A DNA stretch of 60,640 nucleotides, the filler included, from Sphacelaria rigidula (Eukaryota), in the NCBI GenBank assembly GCA_964200075.2. It is 7 parts of 7 records of this genome, joined end to end, with 100 filler letters (N's around TTAATTAATTAA, not from the genome) between each part and the next. Parts side by side here need not be neighbours in the genome. Positions count along the whole stretch, not along the records: positions 1 to 8,578 come from CAXNAA020010721.1; positions 8,679 to 17,255 come from CAXNAA020010722.1; 5 more parts are not named here. One strand, given 5' to 3'. The position numbers and the translations under genes were made by a program. Below, one piece after another: positions 1 through 12,729 of this stretch (its first letter is position 1; each line of letters starts with the position of its first letter). The notes beneath the pieces are model-generated. The model ran no database searches, was not told the origin of the DNA, and worked only from the letters and a program-made list of their open reading frames with translations.

Positions 1-394
1 TTTGGTCAGCACTCGTTGGTTTCCCGGCTGGCGTCTGGGGGTAGGCTAGGTACTCATTTGTTGCTTGCCTTAGTCGTGTGACCATTGATCACGCACCCCT
101 TTCGAGATGGAGCGTGTAGCGGGGAGAGATGGGTTGATCCCTTGAGACCACGGACTCATCCCCAGGTAGAGGAGGGGTTCAAAATATGACGCCTGGGATG
201 CTCAATGTAGACTGTGCCGATACTGTTAGCTTCGGCTACCTTTGCTGTGCCCGTGAATAGGTCGTGAAGAGTAGGCCATCCATTCCGTCGTTGATTATAG
301 CGTGCTACCGACCACGAGTGCTGTGCGGAAAGAAGCCGGAAGTCCCTCTGCATTTCGATGAGCCGGTTGCCCCGGTGCCTCAGTTGGTGATTTC

Positions 395-3300
395 CAGGGC
401 TATACATGTCACACGTGGCACAGCGTTACACGTTACCTTCACATCACATTTTGGCCAAAACGTAACGTGGACGTTGACGTTTTTTCAACTGATGAACGTA
501 AAGCAACGTAACCGTTACAACTTGCAATAAAACGTGCACGTAACGTGAAGTGTTACTGTGCCAAATGGAACGTAGCCTAAACGCTGAATTGTCCAGACGT
601 TCAAAACAGGTAATACGAAACGTTTCATGGAGTGTGTGACGTTCATTACACGCACCTTACACGTGTATTGGACATCACACGCGACATGAAACGTCATAAA
701 CACATTACATGAAGTAGTGCACGCTTCAAGATTGCAATCAACTTTGAAATCCTGGAAGATTCTGCTTCAATGAGCACAAGTGAGTTTGGGTGACCATATG
801 GTATGGGGCATACTATTTCAGGGAATCGCGCGCTCCGCGCCAGACATCGTTGCAGCACATCATGAAAAAATCAAAGTCATCCACACGCATATCAATAGAA
901 GACATCGGGTGTGACGTAACCGTTCACCTCACGTACACGTGCAGTAAGTACATGACATGGATCCAATGGGGGCATCGGCGGGACCACAACTATGGGGTGC
1001 AGCAGCCTTCAGCCAACCTCGGCCGTTGCCTGCAGCTACAGCGTCTACTGCAACGGCAAACTGCAGTGCCGACGACTCGCCTGCCCCGTGACCGACACGA
1101 TCATTGATCATCGTGTGCAAAACGAGCGGAAAGGTGGATGTCGCCTGTCACCACACGAAGTCGTCAGGGTACTCTGTCACCGCTCTAGACGTACATTACC
1201 CAATTCTCGCCTGCCGTGTCTAACGACCAGAACGTCATCTGCTGAGTCTTGACGCCGAAGGGAGACCGGTACGGCCACCTCAAGAGATACGTGTCCAATA
1301 ACGGAACAGGCTTCATGTCTAACCACATGAAGAGATATCACGAAAACGTGTTCAAGTTGTGTACGGCTTTGAGCGTACACTCCAGTGCAGCACAGCGCGA
1401 GAGGGGAAGTATCCTCCAGAGGGCCCCATCAGCGACGGGAGAAGCGGGAGCAGGGTGTCTGTATGTGTGTGATGTGAGAGGTTGGCAGTACAGCTAAACG
1501 CCGGAAAGATGCCACAGTGATGATGTCAGTAGCGAGTGGTTCTCCTTTCAATTTTTGCTTTGCGGTAGGCACTTGTTGATGACGGTACGGCGCTGTTACA
1601 AGTTACAATGCTTGTACAACAGTGCTGACATAGTAGGTTCAGTGTACTGTGCTACGTCCTGTACCACAAATTACGTTGCGGCGGCTGTGCCCTGTATGCA
1701 CGCAACATAATACAAGTTGGCCGAAGGGTACGTACTATAGACCGAGAAGCACCCTGTGTGCTGTACTGGGTGTACAGAGTTTGCCTATTTTTCATCTGCA
1801 TTCCAGGTCTGTTGTTGTTTTTAGACTCGTGGTCGTCAGAATAACAAAATACAGTAGTGTACAACTGAATGATACAAGCGTGTGCATCATACGATACTAT
1901 TACTTCCGCTGCAGTGGTGTACGACTGTACTATACTGTACTCTACTGCGCTACGGCTCTGTAGTGCAGACATACAGTGCGGCTGTACTCTACATGCACCG
2001 ACGATAACACCGTACATGTGTCGTGTGGTGTACGTTCTACGTTCTTCTTTCTACTTGTGTATTGCTGTACTAAATAATGCCGTACTGGACTTGGTGGTCT
2101 TTACTTTTCAGTCGTCATCTGTGTACCGTTCAAAATATAATGTAATGTACTGTTATTGTATGATACACATATACGTGCTCGTACCCTGCTGGTTCGGATC
2201 CTGCGTGCATCCTCTGATGCCACATTTTCCGCGCGAAAAAGTCATTTATTTTCGAGTGTTGTGTACTCTACTTCATCAGGACAACACATGTCATACTCGC
2301 ACGCTTTACCCCACGAAGCTCAAACTCCTCTCCATGTATTTTGTATGCTTTCGTTTCCTTGTGACATTGTCTGCTCAACTACAGGAGAGCAGACCTCTGG
2401 GAAGAATAACTTTGATTTCATTTTGAGCAGGATGCGCGCTATGTTCACATCGGAAGACCGGAAGCACCTGCGCCGCAAGCTTGTCATACGGTGCGACGTG
2501 AACGGTCGACCGTGGGCATCCCTCCACGATGTCGATGTCAGGATGCTCATCGCGGAGTTTGCGTCGGATTACGCCGGGGTAACCCCGGCGAAATCGACGC
2601 TCAACAAGCTCCCCGACGACCTAACCTCTGAAATAAAATAACGGAGTTGTCGGGCCCCTCAAGACAGCGCATGAAGAGTACCGCATGACCGGGCACTCCG
2701 GGGGCTTCTGCAGCCTGCAGCTTGATCTGACTACTGTGGTCAACCAAGAGTTCTGCACAGCATCAGCGTCATTGATTTTTTCTGGGCAGCACCAAGGTGG
2801 AGCCCGTCAGTTTGGCGACAAGCGTGTTTCCTGGAACCCACAAGGAAGCCGACACGTCACGGTGGATCAAAGAGGTGAGATAACTAGATATATTGGGTAC
2901 AAAATTTACGGCGGTAAAACTAGCCGTGTTCGGGGTAAGCTTTGCTCTTCACTTTCTATATGTTTCCCAGAATACGTTCATGAGGCCGTTCCCTCCGGCG
3001 TGTATTTTATATGTTGTTGGACTCGTATATCTCCCTTTTGGGACATTTGATGAGGTTTTTGACTCTCGAACAGGGGAAATTGCCTCCTCAAAGTCGCAAG
3101 TATTTCTCGTAATTCGAACTACAGACACCGCATTCTTTTTCACTCGTAATTTTGTCCAGAGACCGCTCTCGAATTCACTGACCCGAGCGATTTGGAAACG
3201 TGGGCTAAACTCCTCCCGGTGGGGTGATGCAAACGTTTCCAAGACGTGTGTGGGGGGGGCGATTGTTCCTGTTCGGGAGTCGAAACCCTTGCCGCATGTC

Positions 3301-5430
3301 CCAAAAGTTGAGAATACGTGCCCAACAAAATATAAAAGACTAAAACGGGGTAAACGGCCTATTTTGTAAGGGCGAAATTCGAAAATTGGAGTTTGTCCAC
3401 AGCTTCATGTCCTGCAGTCGCGATTGGCTCGCTTCGTCATGCGTTGCGTCCACTATAGTGCTGCCGCAGAAACAAGGCCTGTGGTCAGGTTATTCGCTGT
3501 GACTATAATATTTGTCTTTTTCTCAACGAAAGTATAGAGTACGATTAACGGTGTGAATACAAACGTTAGTCTTCTAGCTTGCTACGCCTTGCCAGTTTAA
3601 CAATAAGTTATCAAAGCAAATCATGGTTTGTACATGAACACCACCCTGCGCTTGTGTCCAATTCCCGCAGGTGACTGCAGACACATTTAGGTCCTTCATC
3701 GACAACGTCACACCGAAGGATGTGTTCGTGGCAGCGACAGTGGACCAGGGGGGAAACGCGATCAACGCCTGCGTATATCTCGACTTCCGCGTATTTCTTT
3801 GTTGCGCCCACTGGATCAGCTCGGCTGTGATGTGGATGCTGGGGATCGCCGGCTCAACCGCTAGGTTCCAGAACAAGGACATGAAGGAGCTAATCCAGAG
3901 AGCCGCCGCGTTGGTCGGCGTGTTCAGTCATTCTGCTGTCAACAGCGATGCTCTGCGAGCAGTCCAGCGCAAAGTTAGGGAGCAAGAGATGAAGGAAGAA
4001 GGGAAAACCATGGTGGCGGAGGCAGCGGGCATCACTCTGGCACAAGGCGAGTTCCTGGAGAGGGTGGAAGAGATTACTTCATGTAGCGAGGAACCAACTA
4101 ACTTGGAGAAGATCAAGTTTGACGTCCTGCGCCCAGTGAGGCCCAATAAGACCAGGTGAGCTTCCCCGCAGGGAGGAGAATGTGAGGTTTGGGGTTGTAC
4201 TGCAATATCTTTCCGTTTTAACTGCCGTTGTGTCGTGCGCGCTTTTTGTTTATTGTCGGGTGTTTCCGTTTGTTTGGTTTGTCCTGTCTCTATTTGTCCT
4301 TTTATTATGAGAGCGTTCGTCTACATTTCCTTCCGTGGGGTTTCTGTGTTTATTCTTCTTGTTTGCTCTACCTTGGAGTCGTCCGTCTGTCTGGCGACCA
4401 CAGCAATTCGTCGGGAAGCAGTAAGAGTGAGAACATCAATTCCGTCAATGTGTTGTCAAAATACAAACATAATCAGTTGCTCATGGCTGTCTTGTCGTTC
4501 ATACCCGCGTGTGTACATCACAATGGATGCTAGGTGGGCTTCGCAGCTTGTGCGTTTGATCATCCTCGAGACGTACATCGCCTAGTACCTTCGCGAACCA
4601 CCCCAGAATGCGCACCGCGGGCTCTCGCCGACCGACTGGGTGGTCATGAAGGAGATCTGCTGCGTGGTGGAGTACGCGGAGCGAGTGACGATCGGTATCC
4701 AGGGGGGCATTGACAGCATCATCAGCCGGACCATCTACCCGTTCCACCAGCTGGTTGACATCCTCACCTCCGCAGGGGTGGGGAGGGTCGATTTCAAAAA
4801 GGCGAGGGAGGCCAAGACGGGGGAGGAGCCGCCGGTCCACGAGCTGAAGTGTGTCAGTGACCTCCAGGCCCCAGTGCAAAAGGCAGCATATGTCTGCATC
4901 GAACAGCTAGCTCAAGGGTCGCAAGGTCAATGTGGCTTTCATCGCCGTGGAGATCCTCGCTCTTTACCTGGACCCACGCTACAAAACAATGGACGACTTG
5001 GTGTGCGGGAACGGGGATTCAGCAGAGGTGGACGACAACACTTTGAGCGACGAGGCGAAGGAGGCGCTGGTCGCGCTAGGCAAGGCGATGGACAGGGAGC
5101 TGGGTAGCAGGGAGACTCCTACTTCTGTTGGTGGGGCGGCGGGCAGTGATGAGGGGCCTCCACCAAAAAGCCCACGGAGCCTGTTTGAGGAGCGTGCGGC
5201 TAGCCGGCATCCAGGCGGCGGGGTCATTCATGACCATTGTTGCCCACCTGTGGGAGGATATGGTGGTTTAAGACGCATTGCGCCGTCTGCCGACGCCCAC
5301 CTGGATGCCATCGTCTACTGGCGCTCTGCTGGGCGCCCCGTGTTGGATGGGGGTGGCTCGGTCATCGAGGGACCGAAGTTCCCACCGTTGTTTGCACTGT
5401 CACGGGTCTACCTCTCTCGGGGATGTACTG
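395..5430 (+). mobile_element. Decayed hAT-superfamily DNA transposon (left end plus transposase; right end not found)
   Basis: Starts CAGGGCTATACATGTCACACGTGG at 395, followed by ~320 bp of ACGTAACG/CGTTAC subterminal repeats. The first 42 bp match the TSD-bounded MITE at 46895 at 37/42 positions. hAT transposase fragments lie downstream. Confidence 0.8.
1249..5430 (+). pseudogene. hAT transposase pseudogene (multi-exon)
   Basis: Possible BED-finger tail NGTGFMSNHMKRYH (~1300). First catalytic D in SLQLDLTT (~2720). Second D and CxxH in ATVDQGGN...CCAH (exon 3671-4155). KTR|W reconstituted across a GT-AG intron (4156-4533). hATC-like AIVYWRS...KFPPLFALSRVYLS (~5310-5420). In-frame stops at 2639-2641 and 4583-4585, plus frameshifts. 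Confidence 0.85.
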
Positions 5431-8400
5431 TAGTGATAAAGGAGAGGGGCGGGGGGCATCGTGAATGCTCGTCCTGAGTTTGTATTTTGTATTGTATGTT
5501 ACGTTGTTTCCTGTGATGGAGGATTTTTTTAGTTTCTGTTGTTTCGTTGCTTTTATTTCTTTCATTTTCACTATTCGATCGTTTTTTTTCCTGTCGAATT
5601 AGCGAACGTTGTATTTGTTGTTCTGTTGTTTCATTCTCATTCATTTTTTTCGGTCGAGTTTTGTTTTGTCCAAGTAGGGTGTGCTGTAGTTTTCCTACGT
5701 TGGGTACATTTGTCCGGCGACAACGGCTGGTGTCGTAGTGGTTCAATCTGATGGAAAATTGAAGAAAATCCACCAGTCTGTGTACCCTAAAACAAGAACT
5801 GCAACATTGCACATGCCGGAAAATATGTGGTCAATAACTGAAAAGGAAAAATAGTGTACTGCGTTACGTATTGGTATATAATCACGATTGCTTTCCCGAG
5901 AACATGCTGCTCCAGCAAGTGTGTCGGTACGCAAAATAAGAGAGCTGATTCTCTTCGTCGCCATGTGTGGTGGACTGTGGATTGTGAGGGTATAGGCTGT
6001 GGCACAGAAGCAAAAGGAAACACGAAACATGACCACTATTCCTGTGCCGACGGGGCTCTTGGCACAACTCAAACGCCCCTACAAAACGAAATCTTGATTC
6101 GGAACATATTCGTGGTACTGGCTGAATATTTATTTCTCGATTATTGTCGTTCCCATACTTTCCGCATTTCTCAAATACCCGCATTTTCATTTTCATAGAT
6201 ACTCTGGTCGGATTGACCGTGGTAGTTGGCGATTTGTTTGGCAAGGAAAACATTTGTAGAGTGGATTCTGCGAATGACTGAAAGTGCATTTTGAGCGCTG
6301 GTCGTGAGGATGGATAATGACACATACCCTCAAAGTCAATCATGCGCTGCAGCAATAGTGCGCAGGCACTGCGGCCCATTTCCCACATCGGTCACAGTAC
6401 AGCAGTGCAGCACAGTACAGCGCAGTCCTATATAAAATATGCCAGTGTGTGTGTCGACATGTCACACCGATTAATGGATTTCCCAGCATGACGTCGGGGC
6501 GGCAGCGAACGTTGATGGTGATGGCGAGTCGAAAATACTCACGGGCGACAATAAGCGTGTCTCCGTCGGGGATGAACTGAAACTACCTAATCCTGCATGG
6601 GCGTGTTCCACATATGTAGGTAGACGATGTTTCAGGACCTGTTGTCTTACTGACTATCATGTTGGGTTTTGCAACATACGCTCCAAGCTTTCTGAGGGAT
6701 TGACTGAATCACAATCCTCCAAAGTAGACGACTTCCTGTGCATATTGCTCCACAGTGGTATAATGTTGCACTACATGCGATATCATGTACGACAGCACGT
6801 ACGAGCTGGGCCAGCCTGGACACGGATTTTCGCTCTCAAAGCAATATCTCGTCGACACGATGAGTTGGGCCATGATCCGCATATTGTATGAATCGTCCCT
6901 CCAAGGGAAAGGTGCCCACCTACTCAAACGTGAAAGGTGCCCATCTACTCAGACGTTTGGGCCCATATCTTCTCGTTGATCAAACTCCATGTCGAGCAAT
7001 TCCCATACCTAACGGAGATAGCGTGCATACTAAAAGCTCTATGAACCCCCCGATCGATGCATTCAGCGGATGACGACTACCATTGGCGTGGACATTCCCT
7101 GGAGTACGGCGAGACGAGAGATATCCTCACCTTCACCTTATTCGTACTCTATCTCGGGATATGGCACACACAAATTTTCTGTACTAGACTCAGTATATTA
7201 CGAGCAGAGGCACTAGGTGAAATAAATATGGATATCGCGTCTCAGTCTTCGAGAGTTATGCTATGAAATCTAGTATGGGGAACCGCTAGTGCATGATGAA
7301 GCTAAAAAAACAGCTTGATTATTTTTTTCCTTTTTTTTTCGGGTTATTGGGGCAGCTTTGAGGAGAAATGAACACTGCTCTTGGGCCTCATCTCAATTTT
7401 TTAGCTCAACTTTTTTAATTGTGATTTGAAACTCGGGATAAAGAACCACAGAGGTACGCTGGATAAAAAACAAATATGGGCCTCCCATTTTTTTTTCGGA
7501 AGAGGTTTGGGCGTTCTCGTAGAAAAATGATCGTTTTCATCATAAAACGCCCTAAACCAGTGAAAACAGTACAAACAAAACGACCTTTTCGTCGATTGTG
7601 CCCGAGCCACGGCCCACACAAGTTTCAATACACAAACACCAAACGTGGGCCGGTAAATGGGCTGCAAAATGCTGTCCCGGATTTCTTTCGACCCCGTCAC
7701 TAAAAGTCCCACTGACCAGCCAATATTTAGAGACTCTAAAAATTGGTATGGACAATGAACAGGGCATAATAAAACAAATACTAGTGCACACGAGTTCTTT
7801 TTTTCCCCATGGGTTACGGCATTTTACTGATACCTGAGAACTGATTATTGCCTTTAACTCATGTAAAAAAAAAAAATGTGTGCACTGGTATTTGTTTTCA
7901 ATATGCCCTACAGGCTGGTTCACGGTGATCACCCAAAATTGTGTCATCAGCAAATGCCTTCCGCAATACGCACCCAATAGTCGCATATATGGTATCATAC
8001 TGACCACACTGAAGAGACGAAGAGGGTGAAACAGCCGGATTTTTGTTCAAGGCCGTAGCGGTGGCGCCATGGACGAAAATGTGTCTCAGCCAATCAGTGC
8101 CCATCAATCTGTTCCGAGATCGAAATCACGAATACCAAGCCCAATTTTCACCCAATCTCTACATGCTTCGAATCGTGGTAACTGTCATCGACACGGGAAT
8201 CTAACGAGAAAATCATACTTCTAGAACAGTTACAACGGGGTCGAATCATACCCAAAACCGTGATGTTTCGATGATGTCGGGTGTTGGCGTCGTCTAATTT
8301 TCACTGATGATACGCACGAAAGGCCCAGGGAGCCTCGTGACGGTGTTCCTATCTATGTTGTAGAAAAGCTCAGATCGCCCTCAAACTCGGCAGTTCCGTA

Positions 8401-8456
8401 GTTATTGATGCTCAAGATAAAAATTGTATACTTGACAATATATCATGGTTTCTCCG

Positions 8457-8512
8457 TTCTGTACCGCCTTCCGGGGGTCCCAGTATGAAGACCCCCGGAA
8501 GGCGGTACAGAA
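8457..8512. repeat. Perfect hairpin, 23-bp arms with 10-nt loop
   Basis: TTCTGTACCGCCTTCCGGGGGTC-ccagtatgaa-GACCCCCGGAAGGCGGTACAGAA. Confidence 0.9.
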
Positions 8513-8578
8513 TGCCCCAAAAGAAAAATAATGAAATGATGCGTCCCGGGAGAGTCCAACGAACACATATACAAAGTT

Positions 8579-8678
8579 NNNNNNNNNNNNNNNNNNNNNN
8601 NNNNNNNNNNNNNNNNNNNNNNTTAATTAATTAANNNNNNNNNNNNNNNNNNNNNNNNNNNNNNNNNNNNNNNNNNNN
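8579..8678. other. Artificial contig linker N44-TTAATTAATTAA-N44
   Basis: Six-frame stop spacer flanked by Ns. Confidence 0.98.
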
Positions 8679-8912
8679 ATGACAAATAGTGGAAAGCGAC
8701 TATGTAGTGAGTACACAAAATTCGACTTCACAGTCGACGAGGGAGATGGACTGCTGAACCCCTCTCGCGAAAAAAAATAAAGGCAAGCACCACAGAAGGT
8801 GGGGTACTAAAAACAAATAAAAAAGAAGCTGCTGTGTGACCCCGGCTGCTGCGCCCACATATCCCGAAAAGGGTAGTCTGGCGCCCAGAATAAATGGGAC
8901 GACAACACACAC
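8679..8912 (+). mobile_element. Partial copy of the SINE body (cut by the contig end)
   Basis: Colinear with 9310-9570 (GATTCGACTTCAC..GTCGACGAGGGA..GACTGCTGAACCCCTCT..GGGACGACAACACAC). Confidence 0.75.
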
Positions 8913-9213
8913 ATTCTGTATGAATTGTACTGACCTCTATCTGACTTGAACAAGGGTCTCAGTGGTAGGGTTTACTGTAGGAATATTGAAAGCCACGAAT
9001 ATCCCAGACTCAAACTATGCACGGCCGATGGGATGATGACGATACTACACACATATACTATACATAAAATGTTAATACAGCATTTTTTATTTTTTCCTCG
9101 TACCGTACCGTACCGTTCCTTTCCCTTCCCTTCCCTTTCTGCTTGTTTTGATTCTCGTTCTTCAGTTCAACATATTTTATTTGTTCTGTTACTTGGTTTC
9201 CCACCACGCGCCG

Positions 9214-9700
9214 GTCGCCCCGGTGGCTCGGTTGGTAACCTCGAAACCTTTTGACCGTTGGGTCGTGGGTTCAATTCTCGGAGCGATCTGGGATTTTTTT
9301 CTCACTCAATGCCCAACAGTGGAGAGCGACTGTGTCGTGGATACACAAGATTCGACTTCACGGTCGACGAGGGAACGAGACTGCTGAACCCCTCTTGCGA
9401 TAAAAAAAAGAAGCAAGCACCGCAGAAGGAAGCTGGGGTCCTCCAAAAAGGAAAAAAAAAAAAGCTCCTGCGTTAACCTTCCTCCTGTGTGACTCCGGCT
9501 GGTGCACCCACATCTACCGAAAGGTGTAGACCGGTGCCCAGAATAGACGGGACGACAACACACACACATACTCATCCTTTTCTTCAGCGAATATTTCCGT
9601 TTTTCTTCACCTTGGGTTATGTATGTCAACCGTGTGACCACGGCTGGGCCCCTCGCTATCTATTGATGTGCGACAATAGATAAATCAATCAACCAATCGA
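9214..9700 (+). mobile_element. tRNA-derived SINE (tRNA-Lys-like head, body, (CAAT)n-ending 3' tail)
   Basis: A box TGGCTCGGTTGG at 9224-9235, B box GGTTCAATTCT at 9268-9278, acceptor-stem-like GTCGCCC/GGAGCGAT, loop CTTTTGA. Body repeated at 8679. The 3' tail (GTGACCACGGCTGG...GTGCGACAAT...AATCAATCAACCAATC) recurs elsewhere in the window. Confidence 0.7.
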
Positions 9701-9724
9701 ATAGCTTCTTTTCGTCATCATACT

Positions 9725-9885
9725 GATTGATTGATTGTCGTACTCTAACGGACCCCTCGGGGATCCAGCCATGGTCACGTGATACGACGTACCCGAGACA
9801 AGACAAAACTGAAACCTATATTGTACATTTAGGCTGGACCGCTGGGGGGTCAGTTAAAGTGCGACGATCAATCGATCAATCAATT
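9725..9885. mobile_element. Two short copies of the same SINE/LINE 3'-tail, in opposite orientations
   Basis: GATTGATTGATTGTCGTACTCTAACGGACCCC..CCAGCCATGGTCAC (minus) and GGCTGGACCGCTGGGGGGTCAGTTAAAGTGCGACGATCAATC (plus). Confidence 0.7.
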
Positions 9886-10005
9886 AGCCCTTTCCTGCGG
9901 GTCTTTATAAGCAAAAAATGATGTCGATGCTGCACATGACCATCCCTAGCGGTTAAAGGGCGAGCACACCCTCCCCCCCATCCTCGGAACGGAGGTATAA
10001 AATTT

Positions 10006-10217
10006 CAGAGTTCTTTACGTTACACGTCACAAATTAAGCCAGGCTAGTACTGCGGTGGGGGACTACGTAATCCCCCACCGTAGTACTAGCCAAGCCCGAC
10101 ACTTAATTTGATTTGACTTGACTTTACACAGGGCTCCGCGTGTAACGCATTTTGTGACGTGTAACGTCAAGTTGTGACGTCTAACGAATTACGTCACGTG
10201 TAAAGTAAGGAGTCCTG
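10006..10217. mobile_element. hAT-like MITE with internal palindrome
   Basis: Imperfect TIRs CAGAGTTCTTTACGTTACACGTCAC / GTCACGTGTAAAGTAAGGAGTCCTG. Flanks TAAAATTT and GAAATTTT match 6/8. Palindrome with 21-bp arms at 10042-10091. Confidence 0.6.
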
Positions 10218-10409
10218 GAAATTTTGAGAGATCACGCCACCCCTTCATCCCCGGCACTACAATCTGCCTCGACACAAAATATTATGATCGACCTTTCAAT
10301 CGGCAGGCCATCGGCAGCCCCCGCGATCTTATCGTCAATGGAACTGACACTTGGAATAATCCTGAGAATGGTAATGATGAACGACCCGTGCAAAATTACT
10401 GGTTCTTAC

Positions 10410-11685
10410 GTGACATTGCAGAACACGGATCGGTGCCGTGGCACCCTGAGCTTGTGACACGGGACGCACTGGATGCGCGTACCCTGCAATGCCCACTTGG
10501 ACCACTCCAATGGGCTAAAGCTGCTGGCTCGTGGACAACTCGCGTTGGCACAAACCTAACATGCGGCGGCGGGAGGGGGGGGGGGAAGGGGGAGATGAAA
10601 TATCTCGTCTCATCTTGTTGCATTCTTCTTTTTAAAAAGGTATGAAGAGTTGTTCTGTTTTAACTTACTGTCTGGAAGCGAAGAAGGGAAAAAAAGCGAA
10701 CCATTCTTCTTTTTTTAAAATAGCTGTACAGTAGCGTCAAAATCGAGTATAGATAGGAAAAGCGAAGTACAAAGTGACCAACCAGACTCGACACCGGCTG
10801 GAGAAACCAATGAACGCATATGATAGCAGCCATACCACAAACCGCAGCAAGAGCCATGCTTGCCGAACTGACACACAGAGCGTGCGTAGCTGGTATGCCA
10901 AACAAAGGCAAACGCACAGGGATGAGTGATGGCGCGATAGCACCCCCCCCCCGTCCCCTTCTTTCACCCCAGAAAAATTGCTGGTTTAAGCAGGCAAAAA
11001 TCTACAAAACCCAGTACACCGAGCAGCTTCGAATTTCCATGCTTGGGACCGTTCTCGCCAGTGTCGCCCAGATGAGCTTCATGGGGCTGAAACCAGCATC
11101 ATGCGCTGTATGGCCATTTCCTTCGTTAAATTTTGGGACTGGTTCGGGGGAAGGGGGGGGAACGGCGGCTATCACAGTATCACTCATACGGACACATAGA
11201 GACACGAGAATTCATCGCGCACGTGATCATCAGACAGATGCACGGGCAGACAGGGATTAGAACCCAGACTCATATCATACCAAGACATGGACACACACCA
11301 CACCGGAACATCACGAGCAGACATCAGACATATAACAAGTTAAAAATCACACATTAGACTCACACGAAGACAATGCACACACAATAAATACAGGCTGGAT
11401 AATGACACATACATACAACCGCACCTGACGCTCCGGCCCCCGACTCCAAGTGTACAGAAAGCGGTGGTCCGTATTGCTGTAAGCCTTGTTGGCCACGCCC
11501 GTCGTGGTCATGAGCTTCGAGTACACGTACACCCTAGGTTTGAGCTGACAGCCTTCCAACGGCCTGTCCAGTCGGAGAGACAGATAGTTGGTGATATGTC
11601 CCACGGCGACCCCCGTCGTGGCGTCCACCGCCCCCGAGCCGCCTGCCGCAGCCAACTCCCGCTGCGCCGCCGCCTGTATATACAT
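10410..11685 (-). CDS. CCR4: 5' part of a plant-type CCR4 / PDE12-like deadenylase (N-terminal domain plus C6H2/MYND-like zinc finger); partial
   Basis: Exon ~11673/11685-11425 (YLSLRLDRPLEGCQLKPRVYVY...RFLYTWSRGPERQ) splices in phase via GT-AG to exon 10555-10410 (VCANASCPRASSFSPLEWSKWALQGTRIQCVPCHKLRVPRHRSVFCNVT). Resembles plant CCR4-1 PIVGCELTPYV...YRWFR...LQCLGC...YHCS. Start codon uncertain; nuclease exons are not in this segment. Confidence 0.7.
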
Positions 11686-12729
11686 TATGATGGGCGGGTT
11701 GGTTTAGTAACTGCCTCATTGATTTTACGCAACTTCGTTAACCCTTTTGGAACCTTCCCCTCCTGTCCCCGGGCCGGACGCCTCATTATTTCAAGTTCTG
11801 ACAAAGAAGGAAAGATGGAAACGGAAACAACCGACGGAAACCATTTTTACTGTCAAAGACTAGAGAAGACTCCAAAAGCATACGTCATGGACAATGCATC
11901 GAAAATGAAGCCCCGGAGCGGCCGGGTTGGGTTTGTCCGATAATAGCACGCAACGGACGAAGTGTGTTCAATTGTATGTATCGACAGAACTCTCGCAAAA
12001 CAGTACAGACTCCCATATGTGATCTTCGTCAGTGGGAAAAACGTCAATTTGAGTTCGTTACACGAATATGCCACATCAGTATACTAAAATTGGAGTGGAG
12101 CACTAGTATACTCGACATTAGACTGGTGCACCGTTCTGGTGGGCTGCATCATCAAGAGTTGGCGAGCGTAGGAAGCCACACTATACGGCCACAATGATAT
12201 GGTCGAGCAAGTGGAAATCTTGTCACCACATGTAGAAGCGCTGAAGAGCGACCCATATGCAATGATCATCAAGATGGAAGAGGTGGCTGAGAAGCACGGT
12301 CAGGACGCTGCAAGAGCGGTTGGGGCAGCCCTTTGTCCCCCGGCGCACACCGCCCCCCCACTCGCCTACAGAACGTCAACAAAGTAACCGCGGCAAGATA
12401 AAACGCTGCGAGGCACACAGGATCATGTAGGAGACACCAGGCGGACGCGATTGCAAGCGTTCAGACTAGCGATATATTAGCAAACGGTCGACAACCGACC
12501 GGGACGGCCTTTCGCAACCAGCCTAACCCAACTGCAACTACAGTCGGTGAAGACACTTCACTGCAGTCCAGTATATAGTAGTCAGCATCAGAAGTTTTCA
12601 AAATTCGTAGTTGTTGTAATTCTTGACTTTTTCTCGAATATTATTCTCCGTTACTTCTTGAAAGTGCTAGCGCCGGTAGATTTAGGGGAAAGCGTAGGCC
12701 GCGCTCAAGCTGCAGTGCCCGAATTGGTG

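Noticed and set aside
6500..7200. Possible decayed coding sequence after the hAT element
   Set aside because: Stops in all frames and no convincing motif.
9214..9290. Possible tRNA gene
   Set aside because: D and anticodon stems are broken, and it is fused to a repeated body, so it is better explained as a SINE head.
12199..12387. Short plus-strand ORF with protein-like composition upstream of the CCR4-like gene
   Set aside because: Only 62 aa, no motif and no clear splice context.
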